Source of the DNA: Octopus vulgaris
Taxonomy: Eukaryota
Assembly (NCBI GenBank): GCA_951406725.2
Contig: OX597824.1
Coordinates: forward strand, 50,344,001-50,408,000
DNA: 64,000 bases
Direction: 5' to 3'
The notes under the pieces: generated by a model
What the model was told of the DNA's origin: nothing
What the model saw: only the letters and a program-made list of their open reading frames with translations
Database searches by the model: none
Translations under genes and position numbers: made by a program
Shown here: one piece after another, positions 28,127 through 42,690 of the stretch
How positions within the stretch are numbered: position 1 is the first letter of the stretch
Layout of the letters: each line of letters begins with the position of its first letter

Positions 28127-28176
<50 letters not shown>

Positions 28177-28207
28177 TCATGTATACATACATACATACAT
28201 ACATACA

Positions 28208-28240
<33 letters not shown>

Positions 28241-29450
28241 GTATTTATATATTCATGTATATATATATACATGTATAAACATACATACATACATACATAC
28301 ATATACATTGTTGTATTTCGGGATAGTCATTTTTTTTGCCAGATGTTTAAGTATTATCGACGCATAAAACTGTCACTACACTTAGATCACAGAGACTACA
28401 CACATAGCAGTAGACAGTCCGAGCCTGAATAAAAAACACAAATGGAACAATATCACTCCCCACCACACCCCATGACTAGAAACAAAAGAGAGGAGAAGAG
28501 GGAGGAAATGATAATAAATAAAACAATGACACAGAGTAATTCACACACAATAGACATATATGCAAATATCTGTGATACATATAAGAAATAAAGAGAGATA
28601 AATAAAAAATAAATAAATATATTTGTCACATACCTGTGATAAATATAAGGAACAGAGATAGATAAGAGAATTTTAAAAATAAATAAATAAATCTATATAA
28701 AGGGCATGGATACAAACAACATAAAAGCGAACCCATATACACAAATACACACACAATAACTTCACAGATGGCCGCAACAGTATCAACAACACAACTATCG
28801 ACGACAGCAGCAGCGGCGATGACAACGATGGTCAATAACAACAACAACAACTATCATGATGGCAACACCGTGGGCAAAGACACAAACACAGAGGGATACA
28901 GGAACTGTGCCATATTTTTGGGTCCTAGGACAGCAGCAGCACAACGTGGTGAGCGGAAGGGGCTGAGGGGAAGGACCTACTGCTGCTAACTGTAATGACA
29001 CACATACAAGCATACACACACACACGCATACACACACATACACACGCACACACGAACACGGATGCAAACGCATGCGCACATAAGTATACGCATCATAGAA
29101 AAGCAGGATGGAGTAAGTGGAGCAAGAGCCCAGACGAAAATGAAAAGTGTCGCTGAAGAGGTCACAGATGTGTGACGAAAGATTTCCGGACAATAGATAT
29201 GAGTTAGAATAAGAACAGTAATAAACGAGTGAAGATCGATGTAATCGACTTAATCCCTTTGTCTATCCTTATTTGTCCCCTCTATGTTTAGCTCCTTGAG
29301 TTTATTTGGCAAAGAAAAAAAAAAGAAAAAAAAAGAAAAAGGCAAGAAAAAAATGACCATCCCGAAATACAGCAATATCTGTTTCAACACACGATTTCAT
29401 TCGCATCAAGAGCCTTGCAACACAAGTTCATAAACGTGTGTTTGTGTGTC

Positions 29451-29528
<78 letters not shown>

Positions 29529-30134
29529 TATATACCTATATTCGTTCCAAGCTCATAGACAATAATATCAGAAAATTAGCCGTTTATACACTCTGGTCGT
29601 AACGACAAAACTAAAACTAGGGAATATAGCTAAACTGTCCACATTCTCACCTTTCATTTGTTCGTTACTGAAAACGTGTTATATTAGGCAGTTGACGGTT
29701 TACTATAATATGTATGCCTTGATTTATTTTCACGCGTACATTACTTTGTATTTTATTATAATAGTTGTTCTGAATATGACATAAAATCAATATTGTGTTC
29801 ACGTTCATGGATCAATTTGGTAAACTTCGTACGCAAATATTCCCGATATATTTGGGGAACTATTTATTGCTTTTATATATATATATATATATATATAGGA
29901 TTGGAGCGTGGAAGACATGTTGGCCATACGAAAACACACAAAGACTGTTAACTTCATTTAAACATCTATAACTTGTTATATGGTGTCAAAATTTTCATCG
30001 GTGGAACTGCGACCAGGTCAATGGCAATGCGATCACATACAAAAATACACATGCGCACGTGCACACGCACACTCACACGCACACACGCACACACAAACAC
30101 GGATGCAAACGCATGTATATGTATACAAGAAAGA

Positions 30135-30267
30135 GAAGAAGAAGAAGAAGAAGAAGAAGAAGAAGAAGAAGAAGAAGAAGAAGAAGAAGAAGAAGAAGAA
30201 GAAGAAGAAGAAGAAGAAGAAGAAGAAGAAGAAGAAGAAGAAGAAGAAGAAGAAGGAGAAGAAGAAG
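30135..30267. repeat. (GAA)n microsatellite
   Basis: About 40 near-perfect units. Confidence 0.97.
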
Positions 30268-30789
30268 GCTATTTAAGTGAACAAACAGACAAGCTTTTCA
30301 TAAGACAATGCCACATCATACTACCACACATACTCATCTTAAAAACTATGTATAATATCTATAGTTTTTGCAAAAGACATTTCCCGAAAGATCTGTGCCT
30401 GTGTGTTGTGAATGTGTGTGTGTGTGCGTGTGTGTGTGTATGTGTGTGTGTGTGTGTGTGTGGTGGGGGTGCATATCTGAGGTATAGTTAATTAAAAACT
30501 TTGCTAGGGGACATATTCCCAATTACCCATCTTTCACACAAACAATGTAACCTCACAATTTCACCTTTCCAAGTTACTTTACTCTCGCGCAAATGTATAT
30601 GGCGTGCCGGTTTTCTATGGCTACGACGTGTACACATCTCTACGTTATCCTGGATCAGGGGAAGGAGTAACAGTATTTTAGAAATTTCTGGATTTCATAC
30701 TTTGGATCGTCTTCCGGGACCCAGAAGATAACCTGGTTATGTTGGACGTGATCACGAATGTAAATCATGCCTTCATACTAGACTTTTAT

Positions 30790-31638
30790 GCTCCAACAGG
30801 GGCGATGTGGCGGGTTTTTTCCAGGTGTTAGAAGATTTCTTAGAAAATTCTAGAATGCTTGTGGAAAATTGAAATGACATTTTTAAATCGCACTCTGGAA
30901 TGTGTGGGAGTAGCCGACAGGTGATCAGAATGCAAAAGTCTCACCAATTAGGGAGTTGGAAAGTATGAAAAGCTGGGCCAGTTTTAAGCCAATCAGGCAG
31001 ATTTGTTCAAACTGGGCCTTGCGCACACGCTTTAGCTAATGGTGGAATTTCAAGCTTTCAAGGTGTTTTGACTGGGACTGATGTACTGTCCTAAGCATAA
31101 ACCATCAATCTTCAGCTTTTGCAGAGTAGAGGGCCCCACTGATAATTACCTAATTGGGCCCGCATTTCCTAGCGCCGACTCTCCGGACAGGGACTTACTG
31201 GATTTCCTGGACGAGCTAACAAGGACATGGAGCAACAGCCTCGAGTCATCCAGATCGTATCTAAGTAGAGTATTTATTAGGCTGGCTGAGAGGGATCTTC
31301 CCATGAGTAATATGGAGATAGAACTCATAGGCAGGTATTCGCTTGTTGGAAACTGAACCCGTCACTTCCGATGCGCAAAGCATATAGAGTCGGGATTAGT
31401 GAATTAGTTAGGTGATGGTTAACAAGCGCAGTCGTTATCAAACTAGGCCATAGCACACTGGAATTGGCGATAAATGTATAATCGATAAGGTCTAGTGAAG
31501 TATCGGCGGGGAAAACAGCCATAGACTAAAACAACTGTACAGGTACATCTGTCACCACTACTGTCCCTTTGTCCCCAGTACTTATATAAAATGTTCCACC
31601 ACCTGAAGGGGCAGCACCGCCCACTTTGAGAAACACTG
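30790..31638. mobile_element. Unclassified higher-GC repeat-like block ending in a hAT-type terminus
   Basis: cactttgagaaacactg at ~31622-31638 resembles Charlie/MER5-type TIRs; interior has no recognisable ORF. Confidence 0.3.
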
Positions 31639-32152
31639 CTTTACGTGGTCGCTTGATTTACAAGTGTAAAAAGAACACACTGGTTAATGAATTTCAAGAT
31701 ACAATGAATCTGAAATAAAAGATAAAAAAAAAAGACACTGTGTCGTGGCTTGAATGCCATTTGATTACAGCTCTGCTTGATCAGAGTTGACATGGGGCTG
31801 AAGAAAAACAACAACGTCACCGACAATGACAGCAACAACGACAACGATAACCTTGACGATTATATCAAACACCAAGTGAGAGGGTTTCTCTGCTTGATTG
31901 CAAAAATCTTTCGTTAATCGTACCATTTCTTCTTAAAAGGCATGATATATTAGGCAGTCATGGTTGGAATACATTTGTCGAGGGGTTTGCTGAGCCAAAT
32001 CTCGCTCAAATCAAACAAAACAAATGAAGGATGCATTCGATAATTAACATTCTGTATAGCTTAACGTGAACTTACTGTAAAAAGTTAGAAAACTGTGGTA
32101 TTCGTATCGGAAAAGCATCTCCTGTACATAATCTACAATATATAGAGTATAC

Positions 32153-32558
32153 ACAGGCGTGGCTGTGTGGTAAGAAACTATTTCCCACTCATATGGTTCC
32201 GGTTTCAGTCCCACTGCAGGATACATTGGGAAAGAGTCTTCTGCTATAGCCTCGGGCCGACCAGAGCCTTGTGAGTGGATTTGGTAGAAGAAACAGAAAG
32301 AGGTCCGTCGTGTATATATATATGCATATCTATATCTATGTGTGTGTTTCTTTGTGTCTGTGTTTGTCCCCCACTACTACATGACAGTCGGTGTTGGTGT
32401 GCATAAATTAGTGGTTCGGTTAAAGAGGCCGATAGAATAAGTACTAGGCTTCAAAAAAAAAAAAGAGCACTTGGGTCGATTCATTCGACTAAGAATTCTT
32501 TAGGACAGTGCCCCAGCATGGCAAATGACTGAAACAAGTAAAAAGCAAGTAAAAGAAA
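32153..32558 (+). mobile_element. SINE family A copy
   Basis: ggcgtggctgtgtggtaag head through gactgaaacaagtaaaa tail. Confidence 0.88.
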
Positions 32559-32626
32559 AGTGGTTGGAAATATAACCACATACAAATTACTATTTTAAAC
32601 TAATACAGCTTTCATCGCTAATAGCC

Positions 32627-32836
32627 TTTCTAGTATACGTACAAGGCCTGAAATTTGGGGCGAGAGAGTAAGTCGATCACATCTGCCCCAGTGTTTCACT
32701 GGTGCTTAATTTATCGACGTCAAAAAGATGAAAGTCAAAGTCGATCTCAGTGGGATTTGAAATCAGAACGTAGCAGCAGACGAAATGCCCCAAAACATAT
32801 TGCCCGGCGTGCTAACGATTCTGCAAGCTCGCCGTT
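32627..32836 (-). mobile_element. SINE family C copy
   Basis: gtgctaacgattctgcaagctcgccg is the reverse complement of the head. Confidence 0.8.
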
Positions 32837-34548
32837 AATAATAACGAATGCTAATTCTGCCAGCTATTTATAGCCGTAATGATTTGTTAATAACATTTTT
32901 CCTCTATCAGTAGAGGCAAAATTTTTCCAAGCATTCGGTTGCAAGAGGACACTTGCTACTCAGGACGCTCAAAAAGTAGAAATCTGGATGTAATATTTCC
33001 ATGACTGCTGCTGGACGCTTTTCGTCTGTTACTGATATGTTTCTGTGCTTTTTAGTACTATGTTTCTTTACAAGATGTTTTCTCGAGATGAGTATCGCAG
33101 TATTGTGGTTTCCAACAGTATATGCACGCTAAGTAAGATATACAGAATGCTGTTTTAAACTAATACTTCTTGCGTCGCTAATAGCGAATGCATTCGGTAA
33201 TTATGTCCCATATCACTCTCTCCCTCCCACCACACACAAAGACAAGGCAGTCACGGATGAATTTGTCATTGATATGATGGCTGCTCGGAGCTGACCTGGG
33301 ATTGGGCAACTACAAAAACAAAGAACAAAAACATCCTTAGTGAAGATGCAAACACACAACTGACAACTTAACCTCGGTCTTTTATGACGTCCTGGGACAA
33401 AACAATTAAGAGCGAGACGTGTTACTAGGCCTTAAAGCTGTCATTTATGTTAATACTAACATTGCAGTTCGCGCTTGCAATATGGAACGAGAGAAAAAGA
33501 GAGGCATGATTTGCATATATTTTGTTTGCTACGGTGTATATGTACGTGTGTTTGCGTGACTGTTTGAGTGCGCGTGCGTATGTGTGACTCTGTGTGTGTG
33601 TGAGAGAGAGAGTGAATGTGTATGCGTGCGTGTGATTGTGGTTGTCAGCGATTCTCATAATGTATTAAAAGCACTAATATTCAGCCGGGGAAATTGATCT
33701 TAAAATTACTAAAATATCAACGCACATGTGTATTACGAGGTCGTTCATATTGCATGTTGTACGTGTTCTCGTAATGTTTATACATGTGAAACTCTGAAAC
33801 ATACACAAGCATAGAGACATACGCACACACGCTCGCTCGTATATGTTAACAGACACATGCACAAACACACATATACATGAGCATGCCTTTCCGTAATCAG
33901 TCACTTAGTACTTAAAAAGAAAGTTATCGGTTAATACTGATGTGTATTGGCTTGGTATACTATTTTTGAAACTGAGACGGCATGGTCACTGCTAGAACGC
34001 CTTTGACTATGAATCTGTTTAAAATGAATTGATCTGCGGCTAAATAACACACACACACATATATAAACAACACACACACATATCAGGTCATTAAGAATGA
34101 AATGTCCGATTTTCTTTTGCACCAAGTTTGACAGTCATTAGCTCTAATGTTTTATCCTGACAATTCTTTGATTTACAACATTGAAGAGTTACCTCATCAC
34201 TTTTCATGGTGTCTGATTATATTGTAAGTTTTCTCTTGTAAATCAATTTTTGTGAACCCATGGATAAATCAAGAATTCGTGTTGCTTATGAATGTGTTCC
34301 GCCGTGGAACCAATGCATCTCAGACTGCTTGAAACATCAATGAGGTGTTTGGTGAAGATGTAGCGAATGAGCGCACTGTACGTTAATGGTTTGAGAAGTT
34401 CCGGTCTGGGGGACTTTACTCATGAAAATCAGCCCCTTGGTGGACCTGAGACCAAGGTAGATAATAATGAGCTGGAAACTAGTGGAACTGGATACTATTT
34501 TGTCTTTTATGCATCCAACCACGTGCTTCTGCATACCAACTCTTTCAC

Positions 34549-34622
<74 letters not shown>

Positions 34623-34699
34623 ATATACTTTTGGGGAATTGTGACAATTGATGCAAATAAAGTTATAAGTAGCAGCATATAAACATTGGGTTAAAAATC

Positions 34700-34865
34700 T
34701 CTTGGTACTATAAAAGTCGAAAGTTAAAAGTTGGACTCGAACCAATATATTCCCTAAACATGACAGACCCTCTACCACTGGAGCAAAGCAATCTTTCGAA
34801 CTCCTCCATCCATTTTAGAAACTATTCTTAGCGGAAATTATGTTGTTGATGTCAGAAGAATTTAA
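34700..34865 (-). repeat. tRNA-like repeat family E copy (also ~59645-59815 and ~60500-60650)
   Basis: Minus-strand B box ggttcgagtcc; shares ctaccactgg/ctaccattag..caaagcaa..ttcgaa.tcct..atccattttagaaa with the 59.7-kb copy. Confidence 0.6.
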
Positions 34866-34922
34866 AAAGTTCGAGAGAACGTGAAATATGTAGTGTTTGG
34901 GAAACATTAAAATGTTGTAGAT

Positions 34923-35052
34923 AGGCACAAGCTTGCTGTGTGGTCAGAAGGCTGGTTTCCAGTCACATGGTTTCGGGTTCAGTCCCACTTGATGACACCT
35001 TGGGGAAGTGTCTTCTACTATATTCCCGGATGAACCAAAGCTTTGTGAGTGT

Positions 35053-35147
<95 letters not shown>

Positions 35148-35255
35148 CCTGCTCGCTTAGCCAGCGGGGTGGCGTCATTCGAAGGCTAAAGCAATATGAA
35201 CGCATTGTGACCAGCGATGTGTAACAACAGCTGATGGTCTGGTCGATCACGTGAT

Positions 35256-35314
<59 letters not shown>

Positions 35315-35570
35315 TATGCATATATGTGTGTGCGTATCTGTGTATATATGTGTGTGAATGAGTGTGTATCTTTTTGCTTGTATTTGTTTTCCACTACCAC
35401 TTGGTTGGTTTGTTTACGTCCCTGTAACACATCAGTTCGGTATAAGAGAGAACAATAGAATAAGTACCAGACTTAAAAAAAAAGTACTCAAATCGATTTG
35501 TTAGACCAAATAACCCTTGAAAGCTATGCTCCAGCATGGCCGCAACCCAGTAATTGAAGCAAGTACAAGA
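34923..35570 (+). mobile_element. SINE family A copy with a 115-bp insertion in its internal (TA)n
   Basis: Head at 34923, (TA)n, unrelated 35145-35260, (TA)n, then the SINE 3' half. Confidence 0.8.
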
Positions 35571-35719
35571 TATATCAAGGAACTTGTTATTTTGCGATGA
35601 TTAATCTAAAAAATTCACTTCACGTGTATGCCTACACGTTCATATTCTTGTGTTGACATCTACTCTTTCCACAAACAATTGCCGGACACACGTACACAGA
35701 CGTACATACATGTGTGTGT

Positions 35720-35761
<42 letters not shown>

Positions 35762-36669
35762 GTATGTGAGCGCGGACGCATGTGTGTGTGTGCGCGTGCG
35801 CACACGAGTATGTATGTGCATGTACTCTTTACATTGAAGCACGTATACTCCTTACATACTTATTGCTTATAATGCAATATGAACAAGCGTACTCCATAAT
35901 CTTACTTCATGCGTCTACACGCGAACAAACTCACACACGCAAACACACCGACACACGCACACGCACATCGACTCAGACATACATACATGCATACATACAT
36001 ACGTACGCACACCCGCACACATCCATGCATACATTTATTGACAGACAGGCGCGCCTCTCTCCTCCTTCGACCACCCCTACCCCAATTCCAACATCAAACA
36101 CCCGCCATCCGCCATACGGACATCGAAGAGTTGGTGGCTGGTGCTGACTGAGGAAATCCGAAATGAGATGCTGACTGATGTCCGAACGGGCAGGAAGGGT
36201 GGCTGGAAAGGGGTGGGAGGCGAGGGGAGGGGGGTAAAGGGGCAGCAAAGACAGACTTTCGGAAGTTTTGATCGGCAATAAAACATGTAATGAACCGTGG
36301 TAGACGGTGGCGGTCGGGTATATAAGGTTGGGGTAGGAAGGAGTACATCAGAGTGGGGGGGAGAGGAGGATTGTGGAGAATAATGATGATGATGATGATG
36401 ATGATGATAATGATGGTGATGGTGATAACAGTAAGTTCCAGCGGAAGCACAAGGCAATCGATTAAAAGGATCCATCCACGTAGTTGTCTGATTGCTGAAA
36501 ATAGCAGTCAGCATTTTGATTGAATTCTCAGGTAAATTTTGTTCGTTCTTAGTTTTTTTTTTTTGCACTCCGTCGTGATATAGTTTGAAAGACGTAGGAT
36601 GATGAAGTGTGAAATAAATTTCAAATGTCAATATTAATTAACAAAAGTTTTAGAGGAATAATAGACATA

Positions 36670-36840
36670 GACGTAGGAGTGGCTGTATGGTAAGTAGCTT
36701 GCTTACGAACCACATGGTTCCGGGTTCAGTCTCACAGCGTGGAACCTTGGGCAAGTGTATTCTACTATAGCAGCGGGCCGACCATAGCCTTGTGAATGGA
36801 TTTGGTAGACGGAATCTGAAAGAAGCCTGTCGTATATATG

Positions 36841-36875
<35 letters not shown>

Positions 36876-37098
36876 ATGTGTGTGTGTTTGTGTGTCTGTT
36901 TGTCCCCCCCCCCAAATAGCTTGACAACCGATGCTGGTGTGTTTACGTCCCCGTAACTTAGCGGTTCGGCAAAAGAGACCGATAGAATAAGTACTAGGCT
37001 TACAAAGAATAAGTCCTGGGGTCGATTTGCTCAACTAAAGGCGTTGCTCCACCATGGCCAAGGTCAAATGACTGAAACAAGTAAAAGAGTAAAAGAGT
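36670..37098 (+). mobile_element. SINE family A, full length
   Basis: High identity to 42691-43084. Confidence 0.93.
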
Positions 37099-37330
37099 GT
37101 ACCACTCGCCCCCTCCATAAAACACTACGATAAAAATAGTTTTCCCGTTAATTCAATAACATTGAAAGGGGTTAAAATAAGTGTGAATAAAACAAAGAAT
37201 AAACACAAACAAATGAATTTATCTGACAAACCAATACTACTAGATTACATTATGTTTGAAAAGCGGACAAGGTGGTCACAGATGGAATGTCTTTGATCAC
37301 AGCCTTGCTCGAATGGTATTAACCTAGAGT

Positions 37331-37570
37331 AATAGTTCTCAATCAGGGTCCACATGACCTTGTGTGGTGGCGATCCATATAAGATCTAGTTGTTAAAAGT
37401 TATGCTTAATAAATCGGTTGTACTTCTAAAATATTTTAACAATTATTTTTTTTTTATACAGTTCTTAATTATAAATAAGACCTTTTAAACCTTCAAATGG
37501 CTATGGGGTTACAGCAAAATAAAATAAGAATCAAAGGTGTCCACAGGGAAAAAATGGTTAAGAACCACTG
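37331..37570. mobile_element. hAT/Charlie-type MITE remnant
   Basis: Imperfect TIRs taatagttctcaatc ... ggttaagaaccactg with subterminal ggtccac/gtccac motifs. Confidence 0.6.
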
Positions 37571-38009
37571 ATCATGGGGTAAACATTAACAGCGAGTACT
37601 TATCGAACTCCAAAGGATAAAATGTAAAGTTGATCTCGGAATGTTTTGAAATCAGGATGTTAACGTAGGCATTTAAACATTCGAAGTTTTTGTGGGGGAT
37701 ATATATTTTTATCGATTTTGTAAATCCATCACCCAAAATGGCTTTTTGAATTTTAAAAATACTGAAATTATCAAGACGGTGAATTGGCAGGGCGTTTCAT
37801 CATCGAATAGAACATCTCTCGACTTCTCTACTGATTCATTATCTTCGGAATTCAAATCCCGCTCTTTTCAACTTAGTGTTTCATCTTTCCGGGTTGGATA
37901 AAATAAAGTACAAGTCAGCTAATAAGGTTAATTGAATCAACTGCTGATCTGCCCTAACATAGAATGGGCTGGTCCCAAATGCCTTCACTGCCCTGGAGTT
38001 CAGATGACA

Positions 38010-38334
38010 AGCACTCTGTCGGTTGCGACGACAAATGTTGCAGTTGATCCAATCAACGGTAGAACCTGCTCGCAAAATTAACATGCAAGTGGCTGAGCAC
38101 TTCACGACACGCGTACCCTTAACGTGGTACTCGGGAACATTCAGCGTGACACAGAATGTGACAAAGCTGGTTCTTTCAAGCATAGGTATAACTATTTTTT
38201 GTCAGCTGAGTGGACAGGGGCAACGAGAAATGAAATGTCTTGCTCAAAGGACACAGCGCGCCGCCAGGAATCGAACTCACGATCGTAAGGATAGTAAGGA
38301 GCCGATTACCCTAACCACTAAGCCACGCGCCTTC
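38010..38334 (-). mobile_element. SINE family B, full length
   Basis: ccctaaccactaagccacgcgccttc is the reverse complement of the 23716 head. Confidence 0.9.
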
Positions 38335-38916
38335 ACGGTTCGAATGACAAGAGGCGAGATAACACGCCAGTTGGAGTATACTGCTGACTAGCTGTAACAT
38401 TCTGTATGAAGCATAGACAATTTTTTCGAAAAGTGGGTTCGTGAGATATCTCTCAGCATCAGGCGGGTCGCACTACTAAAAGAAAATTTTGTTAGGTGTG
38501 CCATTCAGAAAATTACACGAGCTGCATTTTTCCCACAACGTCTATATTCTTCGCAACCGAATATAAACAATATCATCATTCACACATGCAAACACTCTTT
38601 AGAAGCGTGTCCTTTTTAAAAGAGTAAAAAATGGGCAAGAAAAATATTAATACACCAGATAGAGCAGATAGAAATTCATCGTAACAGGGTTACGATTCAT
38701 GCAAATGCATCTAAATTTGAATATCATAGAATGCAATTAATATATGAAGACTTATTATAAACTATTAGTAGGAAAGGTTATGATGATTTGATTGTTAAAG
38801 TTATTGAATGATTCAACGAAAGAAAAGTTAATATCAATATAAGTACAGCTTTTTGTGTGTAGTAGCTTATCGGTACTGTACAAATTTGTGAAATTCATCT
38901 TACACATACACACACA

Positions 38917-38998
<82 letters not shown>

Positions 38999-39692
38999 CA
39001 TACGTACATATGTGTACGTTTAATATTTTAAACACGCTATACGCGTGTGCGTATATGTGTCTATGTGATTGTGCATATTTCGAATGTCATTTTTTTTCAT
39101 AGAATCAAGGAAGTCGCTTTATATCCAAATACTTGCAACGTCCTTCAATGATTTTCCTTCATTAGGGGCGAAAATGGCTTGAAAGTGAGGTTGGTGATTG
39201 ATTTCATAATTACTAATATTAACTTCAGTATCTGAAGTGATGTTAGCAAAGAAGAAGAAAGGGACGGCGATGATGGTGGTGGTGTTTGTGGTGATGGTAG
39301 TGGTAATAATAATAATTGTAGTGGTGGTGATGATGATGATCGTGGTGGGGGTGTTGATGACGGTAATGAATGTGGTGGTGCTGATAGAGATGGTAGCGGT
39401 GGCGGTTCTTGTGGTTGTGATGGTTTTGTTGGTGTTGCTGTTCATCTCCAGGTCAGCGCTGACCTATGATTAAAGCGTCTCAGCCGCGACCACTCTATAT
39501 TTTAAAACTATGAGAGATTATATTGCTTAATGTGTCCTTTTTAAGACCGTAGCGGGTGATTTAATGAATATTTAGCTCCTATTTCTTAAACGATGAGCAA
39601 CACCCTAAAAGCTCACAGATCGTTAGATCTTCGGCGTTGGTGTTGCAAGCAATAGCATTTTTATTTATTTATTTTAAATTAACTAATATTTG

Positions 39693-40109
39693 TTTCAAAT
39701 TTTGTCACCTGGCCAGCAATTTCTTGGGGAGTGTTAAGTCAATTACATCAACACCAATGTTCAACTAGTACTTAATTAATCGATCCCGTGGATGAAACGT
39801 AAAGTTGATCTCAGCGGAATTTGAAATCAGAACATTAAGACGGACGAAATACCGCTAAGCATTTGCTCGGCCTGCCAACGATTCTGCCGCCGCCTTATTT
39901 TAGTCAATACTGATTTTAAATTTGAGCACAAGGCCAGCAATTTTGGGAGAGAATGTAAGGCGATAACATCGTCCCCATTGTTCAACTGGTACTTATTTTA
40001 TCGACCCCACAAGGATGAAAGGCAAAGTCGAACTCAGAACGTAAAGACGGACGAAATGCTGCTAAGCACTTTTCTCAGAGTGCTAACGATTTTGCTAGCT
40101 CGCCGCCTT
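39693..40109 (-). mobile_element. Two tandem SINE family C copies
   Basis: 39693-39895 and 39915-40109 both end cgccttatttta(g/a)tcaata. Confidence 0.82.
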
Positions 40110-41489
40110 ATTTTAATCAATATTGTTAAAAGTGCAGTTGTCGTCGATGTTGGTAGTGGTTGAGGAAGATATGATGGTGCTAATGGTAAATGCGGCAGTA
40201 ATAATTTGTGTTGATGGTTAGGGAAGTGATAGATGAGATGGCCGCAGTAGTCATTGTTGTGACAGGGACGATGATTGATAGGTTGGTTGTGACGGTGAAA
40301 GAGGTGGGAGAAATTCGGTTGACTTGTGAGGGTAGGTATGGCGATCGTCGCGGTGGTAATAGTGGCATGTGTGATGATTGTAATGGCGGAGTGAGTTTAT
40401 GTGATGATTTTGATGATGTTGTTGGTGAACGATGGTCGACAAACGGAGAGGAAATGAAGCAAATAATATGGCGTGTGTTAATAAGAAAAAACATCCAAAA
40501 CATTTGGTTGTACGGTATGTTTCAATTTGACGGAAGTTGAGAGGAAAGTGTTCTACCATTTTATGACTGGGGAAACATTATTTTAATGTATCGGGAGATC
40601 GGGAGAATGAAGTGAGAGAGAAAGAGAGAGAAAGAAAGAGGGGAGAGGGCATAGATGACTGCGTGTTTTGTGTGTATTTGTGTGTATGTGTGTGCGTATG
40701 TGAGAAAGGGAGAGACAGACAGAGAAGGCGAGTAGAAGAAAGAAAGCTAGGGAGAGAAATTAAAGGTAGAAAGAGAAATAATAAGGAAGAAGAAACGACA
40801 ATAGTACATTGAGATAACAATAGTAGAAACAAATGGGCAAAGAGAGAGAGAAAAAAGGGAGAGAAGTAGTGAGAGATAGTGGAATGAAAGAAGGAGTATG
40901 GAGTATGAGAGACAAAGAAATGAGAAAACCAAGAGAGACTAGAACTAAGTCGTGTAAGAAGTGAGACAAAAGCTGATGGTGACTGAAGGAAAAGGAAGAA
41001 AATGAAGTCAGATATAGGAAAGGAGAATGTGGTAGAGAGGGAGAGTAATTAGAGAAAAGGGAAAATAGAAGAACTGATTCTCCTTTCATACCAGCAACAC
41101 CAGAGAACAACACTATAAACTCGCACACACGCACACGCACATAAATACACACACACATACGCACCCACTCAGGCATAAACACTCAAAAAGTAAAAATACT
41201 AGAAGCTGCATAAAACACTTCTGTAATACGAATATAATATAGAGTAAAGATCACTAGAAAGATTGAGAACAAGAACTGGTGAAGCATAGTTTCTGCTGGT
41301 CTATGCCCAAACAGTTTACATTGCTGACACTCATCTAGGAACAATCTTTTCGGAAGGTGTCAAAATCATGATGCGATTTGGTTGACAGCTGACGATAGTT
41401 AAAGCGTGTTTGGTTTCGTTTGTATGTTTTCTTGTTCCTCCATTCCACCATAAATCTTTCTGTCGCGGCTGTGTATCAGCCTCATCTTC

Positions 41490-41567
<78 letters not shown>

Positions 41568-41699
41568 TCGTGCGTGTGTGTCTGCATGTGTGTGTGCGTG
41601 TATGCGTGTGTAGATAGATGAAAGTATAGATACATACACACACATATATATAATATAAATAATATATATAAATATATGCAAATATATATACATATATGT

Positions 41700-41893
41700 A
41701 CATACATATATATGTATATAAATATGCACATATCGGTACAGGACTTCATAAAACGTAAACAATATGAAATATGAAATACAAAAACATAGAATACGAACTT
41801 TTTTTGCGAACAACGAAAGAAACAAATGGAAAACAAGACAAGTAACATAAAGAATGACTCTTCATCAGTTGTCGGCTGTTTTATCTACTCCGT
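41700..41893 (-). mobile_element. Repeat family D copy 2
   Basis: gtacaggac..aacaacgaaagaa..cttcatcagttgtc..ctactccg. Confidence 0.75.
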
Positions 41894-42499
41894 ATATGTG
41901 TGTGTATGGGGGGTGTATGTGTACATGTACATGTGTGTATGTATATGAGACAAGCGACAAGTATTGCCCAAAAGAGGTAAAAATGTTCATATTCCACGAT
42001 GGGCGATGAACAACGCTCCTCTCGGTTGCTGATTTATTGTATTACTGGTTACTGGTCACAATTGCCTTTTAACTGTGTCGAAATAAGAAGTGTAATCGTG
42101 TTGGACGTACAATCTCATATCACATTACGACCTCTAGTAGCCACTTAACTATGAGAAGATGGGGTACAGAAATTATCACAATAAAAGTCATCTATATTTG
42201 CGACTTTAAACATCCAAATAATATTGGTTTCAAAGGAAGCAGTTATCATTTTCTGGATGCAGCACAGCAAGAAAAGAAAAGAAACACACAAAAACACACC
42301 CCAATAAGCACAGATATAAACATTCTCACATACAAGAGCGTAAACTCGCGCGCGCAAACACACACATTTGTAAAGCTAGTTAGTAGACATACAGATGTGT
42401 CAAATCTCTCTCTCTCTCCCTGTAGTTTGAAAATGATGAACAACCTTAATCGATTTCCGACTCTTGTTGGGGTTTCATCAGAGATATCGACATCACTTG

Positions 42500-42500
42500 A

Positions 42501-42593
<93 letters not shown>

Positions 42594-42602
42594 GTCTATC
42601 CG

Positions 42603-42672
<70 letters not shown>
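42500..42672. repeat. (TATC)n microsatellite
   Basis: Directly visible. Confidence 0.97.
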
Positions 42673-42675
<3 letters not shown>

Positions 42676-42690
42676 AAATATATATATATA

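Larger units (their letters stand above)
26626..28130. mobile_element. Head-to-head array of a ~562-bp hammerhead-containing unit (~1.2 copies on -, ~1.45 copies on +) within (TA)n
   Basis: 26626-26750 repeats at 27187-27310; 27311-27570 repeats at 27873-28130; 27311-28130 is the reverse complement of the left part. Confidence 0.92.

Noticed and set aside
36140-36185. CTGACTGA-ggaaatcc-GAAA as a hammerhead
   Set aside because: Extra core base and no consistent stem I/III or UH site
36315-36330. TATA-like gtatataagg in a GC-rich island as a promoter
   Set aside because: No downstream exon or ORF support; motif alone is insufficient
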